Made by a program: the position numbers and the translations under genes. The notes under the pieces are model-generated. The model saw only the letters and a list, made by a program, of their open reading frames with translations, did no database searches and had not been told where the DNA came from. 64,000 bases of DNA from Utricularia gibba (Eukaryota; Plantae; Magnoliophyta), in assembly GCA_002189035.1 (NCBI GenBank), contig CM007989.1, forward strand, positions 7,936,001-8,000,000, in the 5' to 3' direction. This document shows positions 33,075-46,198 of this stretch, one piece after another. How positions within the stretch are numbered: the stretch's first letter is position 1; each line of letters starts with the position of its first letter.

Positions 33075-35814
33075 CTAACTTGGCTTGATTTCCTGAAGCA
33101 TTTCCACTACCTTCGCCATTTTGGGTCTTTTAGCGGGTATGGGATCAGTGCAGAGCAATGCGACCTTAAGGGCAGCAAGCATCTCTTTCCTCCATGAAAA
33201 TGAGATGGTGCTTAGCTTTGGATCAAGTATCTGCTCAGGAGTGTCACCTCTGGATGGAGCATTATGAACCCATTTCACTAGATCGATCCCTTCACCAAAG
33301 GCTTCATCAACGGGTAGCCGTGTGGTTAGGATCTCAAGCAAAATGACCCCATAGCTGTAGACGTTCCCGGGTGCCGTCACTTGCATCGTGTAGGCGTATT
33401 CTGTGATCAAACAGCAGAGTGTTGGTGAGTGCATGCTTGTGCAAAGGGGAGAAGGGTTTGGATCAGAGCAGACCTGGTGGGATGTATCCAAAGGAACCGG
33501 CTACAGCACTGATGCTTGCTGTGCCCCTGGAGGGATCCAGAAGCCTTGAGATTTCGACTTGGCTTACCAGAGGTTTCAAGTTTGAATCCAAAACCACGTT
33601 GCCAGAGGAAACATCCAGGTGGATAATGGCGACATGGTGCAGAAAGGCCAGTCCTTGTGCTACCCCAATGGCAATGGAGAGCCTGGTAGGCCAATCCGGC
33701 TGGTACTCTGATTTCTTTGGAGAGTCATGGAGAAAGCTAGCGAGTGTGCCATCTGAGAAATGCTCGTGTAACACAAGGATACCATCTTCCGAAAAAGCGT
33801 ATCCGATCAGCCGCAACAGATTACCATGCCAGAGTTTGCTCAACTTCTCTACCTCTCTACCCATTTTGTTCCGGTGAGTGAGTATGGCTTTGTCCATGGA
33901 TATGAGCTTCCTCACAGAGATGGTCATTCCAGAAGGCATCTCAGCTTTGTAGACAAGGCTGAATGTTCCCGTGCTGACCAAATTCGCTTCTTTCAGTGTT
34001 GCTTTCTGAACGGCTTCATAGTCTATGGCTTGCCTGAGGCTTTCATTGAACACCTCTCCAGCTAAAATAACTGGATTGATAACAGATTCAACACTAGCAG
34101 CGGCAGGCATGTCTTTAGTGGCTGCTTCTGTCTTCTCCCTCATTATGAAGACAAAAATACCTCCGATGATAGACACAAATATAGCCAAACCAATGCCTAT
34201 AACTGCTAGTGTGATCCGGTAAGAGCCCTCGTGATTGTAAGAAGCATCACCGGAAGGATAACCCAAGCCTCCACAAGAAATGCTCAAAGGCTCCCCACAG
34301 AGCTCCTGGTTTCCAACAAAGCTTGAACTGGAGCTCTTTTGAAACGGTGAAAAGGATGGTATTTGGCCAGTTAAGTGATTGTTTGAGAAGTTCACCTCTA
34401 TTAAGCTGAGCATCCCCTTGAATGCAGAAGGGATGCTGCCCCTGAGTTGATTATTCGACACATCTAACGAAACCAATTTGTCTAATCTCCCCAGCTCTTC
34501 AGGCAGTTGGCCTTGCAGATTATTGAAGCTCAAGTTCAATGAAATCTGCAGATTCCTTATACGTCCAATCTCAGGAGGAATACTTCCAGTTAGATAATTA
34601 CTACCGAAATCTAACTCGAGTAGTTTCGTGCAGTTTCCAATCTCATATGGGATCTCACCAGAGATTGAATTGCGACCAAGCAGCAGGAACTGCAACCTGG
34701 ATGCAGTGCAAATGCTACTAGGTATAGCCCCACTAAACCTGTTGTTGCTAATATCAAGCTTGATCAAATTCCTCCCTTTGAGAACAGATATGGGGATATC
34801 TCCAGACAAACTGTTCTCACAGACAATCAACTCCTCTAAATTAGATAGTAAACCAAACTCCGATGGAACTGAACCAGTGAAATGATTTGAAGCTAAATTC
34901 AAGAGGGTGAGATTGGAGCATCTTGAAAACGCGGGTACAATCTCCCCAGAAAGATTGTTGTTGTTGGCTTCAAAGTAAGTGAGGCTACTAACGTTGCCAA
35001 TTTCTATGGGAACACTTCCAATCAAATTGTTATGGCCAATCCTGATACTCGAAAGCTGTCTGCAGTTTCCAATCGATCTTGGAATATATCCAGTTAACCG
35101 ATTCTGTGTTAGAACCAAAGTTTCAAGTTTCTCCATTGCAAAAATGCTGTCAGGAATTGGTCCCTCTAGTTGATTGGAGTGAAGATTCAGCACTTCAAGC
35201 TGACAGATAGAACCTAACTTTTCTGGAATGACACCACTCAGCTTATTCTCATAGGCTGTAAATATACGCAGACTGGTTAAATTACTAACCCAAGAAGGGA
35301 TAGAACCTGCCAATCTGTTTGCAAACACTTGCAAATCTTGCAGCTTCTGTAAACCTCCCATTTCATCAGGTATCCCTCCCACAAGAAAGTTGCCAGAAAG
35401 ATTCAAGGCTGAGAGATTTCTAAGCTTTCCCAACTCAACAGGAATCTCCCCTTCCAACTTATTGAATGATAAATCCAGAAACTCAAGCGCAGATAGATCT
35501 CCAAAAGCAGGTGGGATAATCCCATGAAAGTTGTTGAAAGAAAGATCAAGCCATCTGAGTGACTTAAGTTGATGAAATAGAGTAAGATTACCTTCCAGTC
35601 TAAGCTTGGAAAGATCAAGCCTCTCAACGAATGAAGAATCAGTTGGGCTACAAGTAACGCCTGGCCAAGAGCAATAATCTGAACTGTTTCCCCTCCACCC
35701 AGAAACCTTAATTTCCTCTCGAATCGCCAGCAATGCCCCCTGATCGTTCGAAAACTGTGAAACCGCAAATCGCAACCCAAGAAGCAAAACACCCAACAAA
35801 CCCCAAAACCGCAT
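33075..35814 (-). CDS. PXC3: LRR receptor-like kinase, PXC3 (At2g41820)-like, 2 exons
   Basis: Signal peptide, many LxxLxLSxNxLxGxIP repeats, a TM helix, and kinase segments IIHLDVSSGNV, SRGTASISAVAGSFGYIPP|EYAYTMQVTAPGNVYSYG, characteristic of PXC3 as recalled. Confidence 0.92.
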
Positions 35815-38545
35815 CTTTTCTTCTTGCAGTCGCTTCCCTTCAGGGGGAGTTTTTATATGTCCAAGAAGGTAATAAACTCCCCCCCAAAACTGAAAAATGA
35901 TTCAATCCTCAAGTTGCAGGAGGAGATGGAAGGTTTCACAGAGCGGGAAAGAGAGAATAAGTAGAGGCAGGGGCCATAAAGGCCACAGCACCCGAACGGG
36001 ATTCACGGGCCAGATGTCCCGAGCAAATGTCAATCAAATTCATATGCATACTTCAAGAGTTTCACTGTGAAAAAGACGACACTTTTTACACGGGAAACCG
36101 CCAATGAAACTGGAATTGACCGCGGGGTGATCGAAAAAACGGAACCCACTTCAAGCGCTAGATGCAATGCTGCCCATCCATCACACTCAACCCCAACTAC
36201 CTTCTTCAACAATACCAAAACAACTAACTACAGGCACCATCTAAAGAACACAAACCTGATTGCACAATCAAACTAAACCCGCAACTCCAACCCATGCTTC
36301 ATTCGGACAACAACAAAAGTCTCCTATTTCACAACTCCCCTCGACGGAATGAATACCCAGGTGGCAAGGCATCCCGTACACCCTACGCCTGCCTCAATGA
36401 TTAATCACACTTCCCAGTAAAACCCAAAATTAGGTCTCTCTGAAATCCGCGGCTGATAATTTTTATAAAAAAACAATTCTAAAACACTACCCAGCGGCAC
36501 ATCAATGAATCCTCAATTTTTAATTGGTTACCATCGATAAAACAAATCCCCAAATTTTTACATATTCGTATTATTAGTTCCTAAAGTTTGATGTATATGA
36601 TATAATTAATCCTCAAAATTTTATATTTTAAATATTTTTGATCATCCAATATTTGAACACTAAATAGAATTACTCTTTAATTATTTAAAAACTAGATATA
36701 ATTATTCAAGAATTAATTTTACCTAATTTTTAAATAATTTAAAATTTTAAATAATATTAGTTATATATATCCGATTGATAAATAATAAAATAATAGAAAT
36801 CAATTTTTTTTTTAAAATTAAGAGCTAATTTGAAATAAAATATTATTATTGTAATTTTTATAAATATTGAAGATAATTCAACCAACCCAAATATGTGTCG
36901 GTTTTGTGTTGTGTGGCGGATAGGGGGTTTGAAGTGTAAATATTGGTAAAAAGTGGGGGCGAGAAAATACTTACGATTTCTCCAACCTCCTGGGTCCGGC
37001 CAAGACAGACACCTCTCCTCAAATGCTCTGCTCTTTATTCTTTATTCTCGTATGGCTCCCGTCGGATGTCCCCTACAAGTTCGCATTAAATGTAACACGC
37101 GACGGTATCATGTCTAAAGAAACCTCACATGTGGTGCATTTCACTTCCATGAAGCAAAATAAATAAACAAACAATATTTTATGTCGAAAAACATCTACTT
37201 GAACCGTTCCGATGCTGGGTCTATTATTCCCTCCACGCGCGTAGACTTCAAGTGCATTATTTATTTCAATATTTGAGACATGAATTACCTACGCAAAATG
37301 CAGTATAAAAAAGGCTTACCTGTGAGTGATTGTGGGATGGGTAGCAACCTAATTGAAGAAGCCAAAGGGAAACAGACAAGAAAATGAAGTCCAGACTCGG
37401 CAACTGGTGCGATCACTTTCCAAGGCGGATCCTCCAAATTCCCATCCTGTGCATGTCCTCACTTTCCATCGCAACATCAACATGCACCCATGGAAAAAAA
37501 ACAAGACATACATGCGCAAGATGCTAAGGATGCGGAGCCTCCTTTTCCAATTCCCAAGCTTTCTGATCGGTGGGGTTGAAAGCAAAGCAACCAATGAACC
37601 AAACCACTATCATAACTCTAATAATTTGTGTTAGTTTTATAAATATAATTTAAATATTTGATGTATTTAAGTTAAATTATCAGCTAAATTAGAACTTATT
37701 ATAAAACATTCATATAAAATAAAAATACTTCCCAAAACTAACCTAAAACTACATACCAAACATGTATTCAAATGATTAGAAGGAAGGAGCAAAGCAACCA
37801 GAGCACTACACGTAAAATTAATGATTTTCTCATAAATAGAGTAAATACACTTTCCTTCAGTTATGGGGTTATTTCGTTACTGTTATAGATGGGGTAAAGG
37901 GTATTGATGTTGGAAATGTGGGAAATGCTTGGAGATGGGGGCCACATTGGGTGAACATGCATCATGACCACAGCATCATGTGTTGTCTCTTTTATGGATG
38001 GCACAATGGGTCGCCCCCATCTCCAATCATCAATTCCTAATCTATCAATATTCTCTACTCTAGGGAAAGGACACCACAAAGATGACACATATAAAGGGGC
38101 ACATACAGACATGGTTGAACTTCCACCCCTCTTGATTTATTACTATTCTCATGTATGAGATCATGTCCACAAGTTGACTATGTATCAGAAGGGCAGACCC
38201 CTACACTACAGCTCATTGGAATGGAGTAGACTGGGCTTGGAGGAATAAATGGCTTAATGATAGAATATGTGCATTTTAGAACAAGGGTGAGGAGATGCCT
38301 ACATACCTATGACTAAGTAGCAAGTGACTTTATTTGTCTGAACCATAAAATTCCTTGCTATAGTGTGACTGAACTTGGTCCATTTTTGTAAGTTATCATG
38401 CTATCTGTGGAAAAGAATTCATGGAATTATCCTTAGTGCCCATCTATTTCATTTTTCTAGTATAAAGACCATGGATAGAAGATGATGGGAATATGCAGTT
38501 GATAAGCGTAGAGCAGTGAAGTGAGAGGTCGAGAAGATGATTTAC

Positions 38546-39695
38546 CTGGTAAACATAAGGATCTCCACGGCCACCAGCCCCAGCTCTTTTCACCTCATCC
38601 AGCTTCAGCAACCTGTTGAACAAGGTATTTTTAGTAGCATAATGGTAAAGAGAGGCATCAAAAGAAACAATGATGTTATGTCTTTGTGCTTGTAAAGAAA
38701 AAGAAAATTCACATTCTCAAGGCTTTGCTTGTGGAAGGGCTATCACCAAGCAACTGACGAATCTTCACTTCAGATGCGCTTTCTGTAGACAAAATATTCA
38801 GAATGGCATTTGCTCTCTTTCCCAAGTCCGGTGGGATAGACTTTCTCAGCTTGCTTTTGGCCCGGGATTCAGTGCTGTAACTCTGGGTACTGGAGGAACT
38901 GGAGATGGAGAGACTTGCACTTATGGTGGTGTTGGTGGCGAATCCAGAGACACTCTGGAATGAAGCAGGAGCGGCTGAATAGCTGGTCTCGGATTTCGTC
39001 CCCTCGGAAATGAAAACGGTTTTCGAACGCTTCTTTTGAACCATCTGTTCACGAGCAAAAGATGGCGCTTAATGGGAATTTAGGATAATAGATGAATGAA
39101 TTTCACATTGATTAAGCCACTAGCCCTACATGAATGAAATCTGCTAGTGAAAAGAATCCCTGAATTAAACACCAAAATATTAATTCAAAAGCCGTAGAGA
39201 GGCATCTCATATCAATTCAAAAGCCGTAGAGAAGCATCTCATAGTTTAACAGAAGAATCAGGCTAATAAAGGAAATATCGATCCGGTTGCATGTACTACA
39301 TTCTAAATTAGAGTCACAATCTGAATCTGAAAATCAGAGCATGAGTTTGTTCTATTACCTTGAGTTTCAGTTCCTGGATTCCAGGCATAAATGCAACTGC
39401 AGTCAACCGCTGAGCGCCAGCTGGTGATGATTCTTCATCAACACTCGCCTCCTCCATCCACGATCCATAATCTGATATCGGATCGTAAAATCCAGTGCTC
39501 TCCAAGCTTGCGGAACTGCAGCTTCCATCGCTTCTTCTGAAGGAAACGAAAAAGGAGTACAAAACTGAAATAAAATTTGCCGATGTCGATCAACCTTCAC
39601 CTGGGAGAAGAATCGGACAACATGAGAAGTGCGGATGCAACAAAGCGTTCCAGATCTGACGGAAATGGATCTTCTCCTCCAGCCTCAAATGCCAT
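38546..39695 (-). CDS. Uncharacterised plant protein with a conserved C-terminal helical (HTH-like) domain; last exon not located
   Basis: Four phase-compatible exons: MAFEAGGEDPFPSDLERFVASALLMLS, ...IQELKLK, MVQKKRSK...RANAILNILSTESASEVKIRQLLGDSPSTSKALR and LLKLDEVKRAGAGGRGDPYVYQ. The motifs match a recalled uncharacterised family. Confidence 0.7.
39182..39244. repeat. 32-bp tandem duplication in an intron
   Basis: aattcaaaagccgtagaga(g/a)gcatctcata starts at 39182 and 39214. Confidence 0.9.
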
Positions 39696-40053
39696 GCTTT
39701 GGTGTTTGAATTTGGCGGGAGAAGCTCTAGAGTTTTCCAATAGCCTTTAAAAGGAGGTAATCAACCTTAAAAGGAGATTGGGCCCCGCCCATGGTGAACT
39801 CTTGGGCCGTGAGCCCAACGTCCGCTTCGTTACTATTTAAAGATGCGGGTTTTGATTAAAAAAAGAATACGGGTCGACCCGGTAAGAATGAATTCATCCA
39901 ATCACCCTAGTTCTTTTGTACAAGAGGGGCTCCTGTCCCTTCAATCTTCCGTGCTCCCACAATTTTCTCGGGTTTTCTGCTCCGAGAGTCTGCGGGGTGA
40001 GGGCGAAATCGCCGATTCAATTCAGAGGATTAGGGTCACTAACGGCGGCTATT

Positions 40054-41871
40054 ATGTCGGAAAGTTACTGCACCGACTGCAAGCGGAACACGGAGGTTGT
40101 TTTCGACCATGCGGCGGGGGATACCGTCTGCTCGGAGTGCGGGCTCGTATTGGAGGCTCGGACGATCGATGAGACGTCGGAGTGGAGGACTTTTGCCGAT
40201 GATGCTGGAGACCATGATCCGACTCGTGTCGGAGGCCCAGTGAATCCGCTGTTGGCGGATGCTGCGCTTTCGACTGTTATTTCTCGAACTGGTGGATCGA
40301 ACGGAGACGCGTCTCTGGCACGATTGCAGAATCGTGGTGGTGATCCTGACCGCGCGATCGTATTGGCCTTCAAGACAATCTCTAATATGGCTGATAGGTC
40401 CGTGTGCACGGGTTTTTCATTTTGAATCGGTGTGTGCGGTGATCTATTTTTGGTTAATAGGGGTTCGAAAGATTTTTCCAGGTCATCTTAAAAGGTAACT
40501 ATTGCCAAACACGCTTTCTGGTAACGGAACTGTGGAGGGGTTTTTTAAAGAACAGTTTTCTGGTGTTTTGATGTGATTTTGGTTTTATAGTGATATGTTT
40601 TATTAGGTTAATGCTCTTGCAAGGGATGCCTTGCAAAGCTGATGGGGCATAGCTGTGCAGAATTGAGCATGCCCTTGGAATTCTTTTACTGTAGTTTATT
40701 TTGTGGGTTTTGAGTCAGTTTCACTGCTAACAACCGTTAAGGTATTCAGTGGTTATGACTCATACTCATTGCCTTTTTTCTGATCTTCCAGGTTGAGCCT
40801 GGTAACAACCATTAAGGTATCCAATGTTCAAGGATATATTTTCTTGTTTCAACAACTGATTATGGTTGTCAGCATTGAAAAACATTGGAACTTTTTTGGG
40901 CTGTAAACACTGTTCCCAGGGTGCAATGAGAATTATGAAATACATTACATATTTTATTTCTGAGCTTGAAACTGAAACATGTTTATTGGCTTTGAATTTG
41001 AAGGATCGGGCTAGTGAAATATACAAGAGGTTGGAGGATCAGAAGTGTACGAGGGGCAGAAACTTAGAGGCCCTAGTTGCTGGCTGTATATATATTGCTT
41101 GTCGGCAGGAGGGCAAGCCACGAACAGTCAAAGGTGCATCCTTGATCACTTGGATGAATGCCATTTACTTTGTGAAGTCCTCTGAAAACTTTGGGTATCA
41201 ACAGAAATCTGCTCGGTTGTCGGTGGAGCCACTAAGAAAGAAATTGGCCGTGCTAAAGAGTTTATTGTGAAACAGCTGAAGGTTGAGATGGGTGAGTCAA
41301 TGGAGATGGGTACAATTCATGCAGGGGACTACTTGGTGAGTCCTGAGAATACAAAGGGTTGCTTAATATCGCAATCTGGGTGAATGTTTGCTCCCTTTAA
41401 AAGTGTTTATCTGATGCTTTGCAACAAAACAGAGACGTTTCTGTTCTAATCTTGGGATGAGCAATGATGAGGTTAAAGCTGTCCAAGAAACAGTCCAGAA
41501 GGCTGGAGATTTCGACATAAGGTGCACTGGATTCAATTAGCCTTCCTCTTGTGCCTTATTGTTAACTTTACAGCTTCTGGTTGCAATAGGAGGAGCCCTA
41601 TATCCATTGCTGCAGCAATCATTTTCATGATAACTCAGCTCTCTGAGTCGAAAAAACCTCTGCGCGGTAAAACCCTCTTCCTCTTTAGCATTCTTTGTTC
41701 ATATCTTAACTCGGGCTTGTTTTGCTATCAGACATCTCGATCGCCACCACTGTGGCAGAAGGAACTATCAAGAACGCTTATAGGGACCTGTATCCTCACG
41801 CGGCGAAGATCATACCGGAATGGTATGCAAAAGAAAGAGACCTCAAGAACCTTTCTAGCCCGAAGGCTTAG
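40054..41871 (+). CDS. TFIIB: Transcription initiation factor IIB (7 exons)
   Basis: Zn ribbon CTDC...CSEC, B-reader [10 protein letters not shown], cyclin repeats [43 protein letters not shown] and [12 protein letters not shown]. Confidence 0.96.
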
Positions 41872-42181
41872 AAGAAGGAAGCCACGACACCTTTTTTGCT
41901 TTGATTACTGATTCACGTATTTCATGAAGGAAGAGCGGAGCCTGTGTGCTCTGTGGCGCTTTCTACGTTTGTATCATCAAGAATGCGAATTGGAATCATG
42001 GATTTCCTATGCACTTTAGCATGTATTTCTCGTGCACAAAACAAAGGCTTTCATAAATTCTAGCAGCAACATGGATGATGTGACGTCCGGCAGAACTAGC
42101 CGCAGTCTGGGGTTCGTTTTCCGGCGACGCCTGCTGAATTTCCGATGTCCGGCGAGTTTTGGGGCATGTAAATTTATTTTA

Positions 42182-42264
42182 AGCCCAATGGGGCGAAGAA
42201 CCTGAGAGGCCCAACATTAACCGGGGATACATTCATTGCCTTTTCTCCGCCATCCGAAACCCTA
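42182..42264 (+). promoter_or_regulatory. Site II plus telo-box promoter module of RPS15
   Basis: AGCCCA (42182), GGCCCA (42208) and AAACCCTA (42257-42264): the classic plant ribosomal-protein promoter combination. Confidence 0.7.
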
Positions 42265-42309
42265 TCTGTGTGCTTTCTGCGTTGCGCGTCGACCACTCTC
42301 CGGAGAATC

Positions 42310-43231
42310 ATGGTACGGGCTTTCTGCTTCATCCTCGCCAGGTTGCCTCGTGAAATAGGTGTTTTTTTTCGACTGTTCTAAGTTGTGCTCTTTCAGGCGG
42401 ATATTGAGACAGATGTGGCAGCAGGGCAGCCAAAGAAGAGGACGTTTAAGAAGTTCTCTTTCAGGGGAGTTGATCTCGATGCGCTTCTTGATATGTCAAC
42501 TGATGAGCTTGTCAACCTCTTCAATGCTCGTGCAAGGAGAAGGTGAATTGTGAATTCTCATTTGCTGCGTAGGACAGCTTTGTTACGAGGATTCTGCCAA
42601 CACATATCACTGGTTTTGCTTGAATTCTAATTTCACTTCTTTCCATCCTGAATATGCTTTTCCTGTGCAATTTTTGCAGGTTTCAGAGAGGCCTCACCAG
42701 GAAGCCAATGGCTTTGATAAAAAAGCTTCGGAAGGCCGTAAGTGAAAACCATTTGTAGGATAGCGTGAAATTTTTCTGAAAACCATTCGTAGCAACACTG
42801 AAGCTCGTTGCTGTTCCAGTGATCTTTTAGTATCCATAGTCTCTTTATATTCCTAGTCTGTGTTGTGAATGCCCCCGTGTGTTGAGCATTTAAGTTGTAG
42901 TCACTTTTTTTTCCACTTAAAATGTTCACTCACTAGGCATAACATGCTTGTGATTGATCTTCTGTCTGATGCAACTTTCCAGAAACGTGAGGCTCCTGCT
43001 GGTGAGAAGCCTGCGCTAGTGAGGACCCATTTGCGGAACATGATAATAGTTCCAGAGATGATCGGCAGCGTCCTCGGTGTGTACAATGGCAAGACCTTCA
43101 ATCCTGTTGAGATCAAGCCAGAGATGATTGGTCACTACCTTGCTGAGTTTTCGATCTCATATAAGCCCGTCAAGCATGGAAGACCCGGTATCGGTGCCAC
43201 CCACTCTTCCAGGTTCATTCCTCTCAAGTGA
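42310..43231 (+). CDS. RPS15: 40S ribosomal protein S15 (uS19), 4 exons
   Basis: ATG|GT first exon; [42 protein letters not shown] and [17 protein letters not shown]...[18 protein letters not shown]. Confidence 0.97.
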
Positions 43232-43508
43232 AAAATCTGCTATGAGTGTGAATCATGGCTGCTGTTGCTCGAAAGCTTGGCTTGCTTACCGCTCATTGTC
43301 ATATAAACTTGTTTGATCTTCCTGAATATGCTCAGACATTTGACATCATATCCTTCCTGCAGAAATTTTGATTTGGATTGTTGGCACTGGCTTACTCATT
43401 TTCCCATGTATTTCTTCAGTAACAACCACTCTGCTCTTTATTCCAGCAAATTGGTATTAACAAGTGTCTTGCTTGCAAAAAAAAAGGTGCACTACAGAAG
43501 CTTATCTA

Positions 43509-45179
43509 TCACAATGTGCACCCCAAGCTGGAAACAATCCTGCTTGATAGAAAATTGAACATGTGTGTATAAGCTGCTTGTGTTAGATGAACACCATCCC
43601 AGTGAATATACCGACTTGGGTCCTCGCACACCGGCGCATCGCCGCCACCGCAGAATTTCCGACTACCAAAGTCGTAGTCCCCGCCGCCGCAGCAAAGTTT
43701 CATGAGGCTGCTTCCATTGAATCCTAAGGGAGACAGTTCAACAGCTAATGGTGATTCTGAACTTGGGAAATAGGCTCTGATTCCGAACCAGAACAGGCAT
43801 GCGTACCTAAGCTGGAGGCCTGGCGAATCAGATGCATGAATGCGTGGTAGTAGTCCAAGTAAACGATGACGGCCTGTGGGAATTTTGAGGCGACAGCCTC
43901 GAGAGCAGACTGTAGGTGTTGGTTTTGGTACACCGCGAGTTCGTTCCCAGTTTTCAAGCATCCGAATTCATCGAATTCGCCGGAGGACTTGTCGACAAGC
44001 GACACCACGGCGAAGGGGACGCACCCCATCGGAAAATTCCCTGGAACCACGAATTTCCTCGCCCCCATTCCGATCACCTCCTATAAAAAAAAATAAAAAA
44101 TATAACATTTTTGAATTTTTTTGGAATAAATTCAATTACCTATTTGGAGTATTTTAATACTAAATTAAAATTTTGGAATGAATTTAAATGATGGTAAAAT
44201 ATAATATTAAATTTATCGTTTCAAAAACATATCTATTTTGTGTGCATTTTAATAATATTATATATATATATACTCTATTAAATAAACGATATTTTTTGAA
44301 ATAAAACATATATAAAACATACTTATATTTTTTAAATTATTCATTTTAGTTTTATTTAATCAGGAATAAATTAAAATATCATACCAAAAAAATTCTTTAT
44401 TGCTCTACACTACACGTTTACCTCGAGACCTTGAATTATGGCATCCGTTAAAGAAGGGACCAGAGCTCGGAGCTCTTCAATGGACTTGTTTTGCGACATG
44501 GCGTAGTTCATGTCGTTGCCTCCGATCTCCCCGAAGAAGATGAGCGAGTTCCTCAGCTTGTCACTGCAGTCTTCACAAAGCCCACCAACGGCGGCGTTAG
44601 CAGGGTTACTGTATCGGGTACCTGTTTCGTGTTCATGCAGATTGCAGACCTGGAAGTGTGGAGCAGTAAGAGCGGATCCATCCCTTGAACCAGCTTATCT
44701 GGGCGCCCAGGTCTATGACCAGGGGAGCGGAGATCCCCTTCGAGTAGAGCGTGGACCGGTCGAGGGCGGTTGCTCCGGCGACGGCGAAGTTTACGCCGTT
44801 CTTGAACGAAGCATACAGCTCCAGGTAGGGGTCTAGTGGCTCCAGCCCCAGAGCCTCAGCTGCGCGAAATTGGGAAACATTAAGCTGAAGCTTTTTTGAG
44901 AAAGCGCAGTGCCATGCACCTACCCATTACGTCGATGATGAGACGGCCGTCGGACCAGCGCCCTGTGGGGCTGCCGGGGAAGGTCTCCCCGTAAGGCAGG
45001 CGGTTGGCGGGGAGATAGGGGCCGAGAGACGGGAGACGAATAGCGTTTCCGGTGTCAGATAAAGAATCTCCGAACTGGTAAATGGCGTCAATGGAGCAGT
45101 GCCTCGCAATGGCTGCTTGACATGGGAGGAATAGGAGGAGGAAGAAGAAGGAGGAAAAGTTGGCGGTGGAAGCAGCCAT
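43509..45179 (-). CDS. GDSL esterase/lipase (5 exons)
   Basis: Signal peptide; block I FGDSLSDTGN, TGRWSDGRLIID, GVNFAVAGATA, GEIGGND, GARKFVVPGNFPMGC and block V WDGVHLT. Confidence 0.94.
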
Positions 45180-45410
45180 GTATGTGTTCCTCCTCAACAT
45201 CAGAATCAGAGGTGTTAAGGGTGACCTTTTTATGAATGAATGGAGAGGTAGATGGAGAAAGTGGGGACTCCGGTGGAAGCGTAGATAGGGGAAGAAGGCC
45301 CCAATAACTCAGCGGTCCTTGTACAGTTATGTCACGGGTTGGAGTTCAGATTCCTCCTCCCTACTCACACACTAAAACTGCCCTTAAACAACACAAACCA
45401 ACCCACCACT

Positions 45411-45867
45411 TAGAGATGCAACGGGAATCGAATAGTTTTTTCAAACCGTGAATTCGTAAACTGCTTGAACTAACTCCAAACTGTAATCGAAAATATTGAA
45501 TCAAATCGAATAGTTTTTTAAGAGATTAATTTTCAAGCATCCATATGAACCATTGTGGGTTCTCATTGTCTACTAAATGTATCATTCTTGAATTTTCTAG
45601 AGTGTCATAACAATTATTAAGAGTATTTAAAAACGGTTTTAGAAAAATAAAAATTTTTTAGGCACTCATATCAATAGTTGGAATTGTCTGAAAAATACAT
45701 CGTTTTTTAAATATTTTTCAAGATACTGTAACACTTGTTGAGTTAGTTTGGGAGTTGAGAACCGTGGTTTTTAGATTTCAAATATCTGGAAATGGCCTAG
45801 AACCGGAATCAACACTCACAGCTCCGAACCGGAACTTTCGTTTCGGTTCGAACAGATTACAACTCTA
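45411..45867. mobile_element. Non-autonomous hAT-like element (MITE) in the GDSL promoter
   Basis: Imperfect 11-bp TIRs TAGAGATGCAA (45411) and TTACAACTCTA (45857-45867, 9/11 match); flanking 8-mers ccaccact / ccacccat (6/8, degenerate TSD); subterminal GAACCG/CGGTT motifs. Confidence 0.6.
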
Positions 45868-46172
45868 CCACCCATCTCCCAATTAGCAGTTCACATGAGA
45901 CCGCAGTCCATCGAGCGAACTTGGTGTCTACAGCTTTAACCTGTAACACAGAAGAATCTGTCAAGCGCGAGGGGGCGGAGATGGGAGTGTGCAGTGCAGT
46001 AATGGAAGGTGGTGGCGAAGAATGAATGCCTAGGGAGGGTAGGAGTGGGGCATGTAAAAATAAGTGACTGCAAGCATAGCTTCATGTTCATGACTGTAAA
46101 TGGAATGAATTTATGATGGTGTTGGGGTGAAAGCTGTGTAAAACGGACGACGAACCTCAAAGCTACTCACAA

Positions 46173-46198
46173 CAGACAGACAGACAGACAGACAGACA
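46173..46198. repeat. (GACA)n microsatellite
   Basis: acagacagacagacagacagacagac read directly. Confidence 0.85.

Noticed and set aside
37349-37634. Overlapping 81-aa and 93-aa ORFs
   Set aside because: No motif recognised; could not be linked by phase to the upstream uncharacterised gene.
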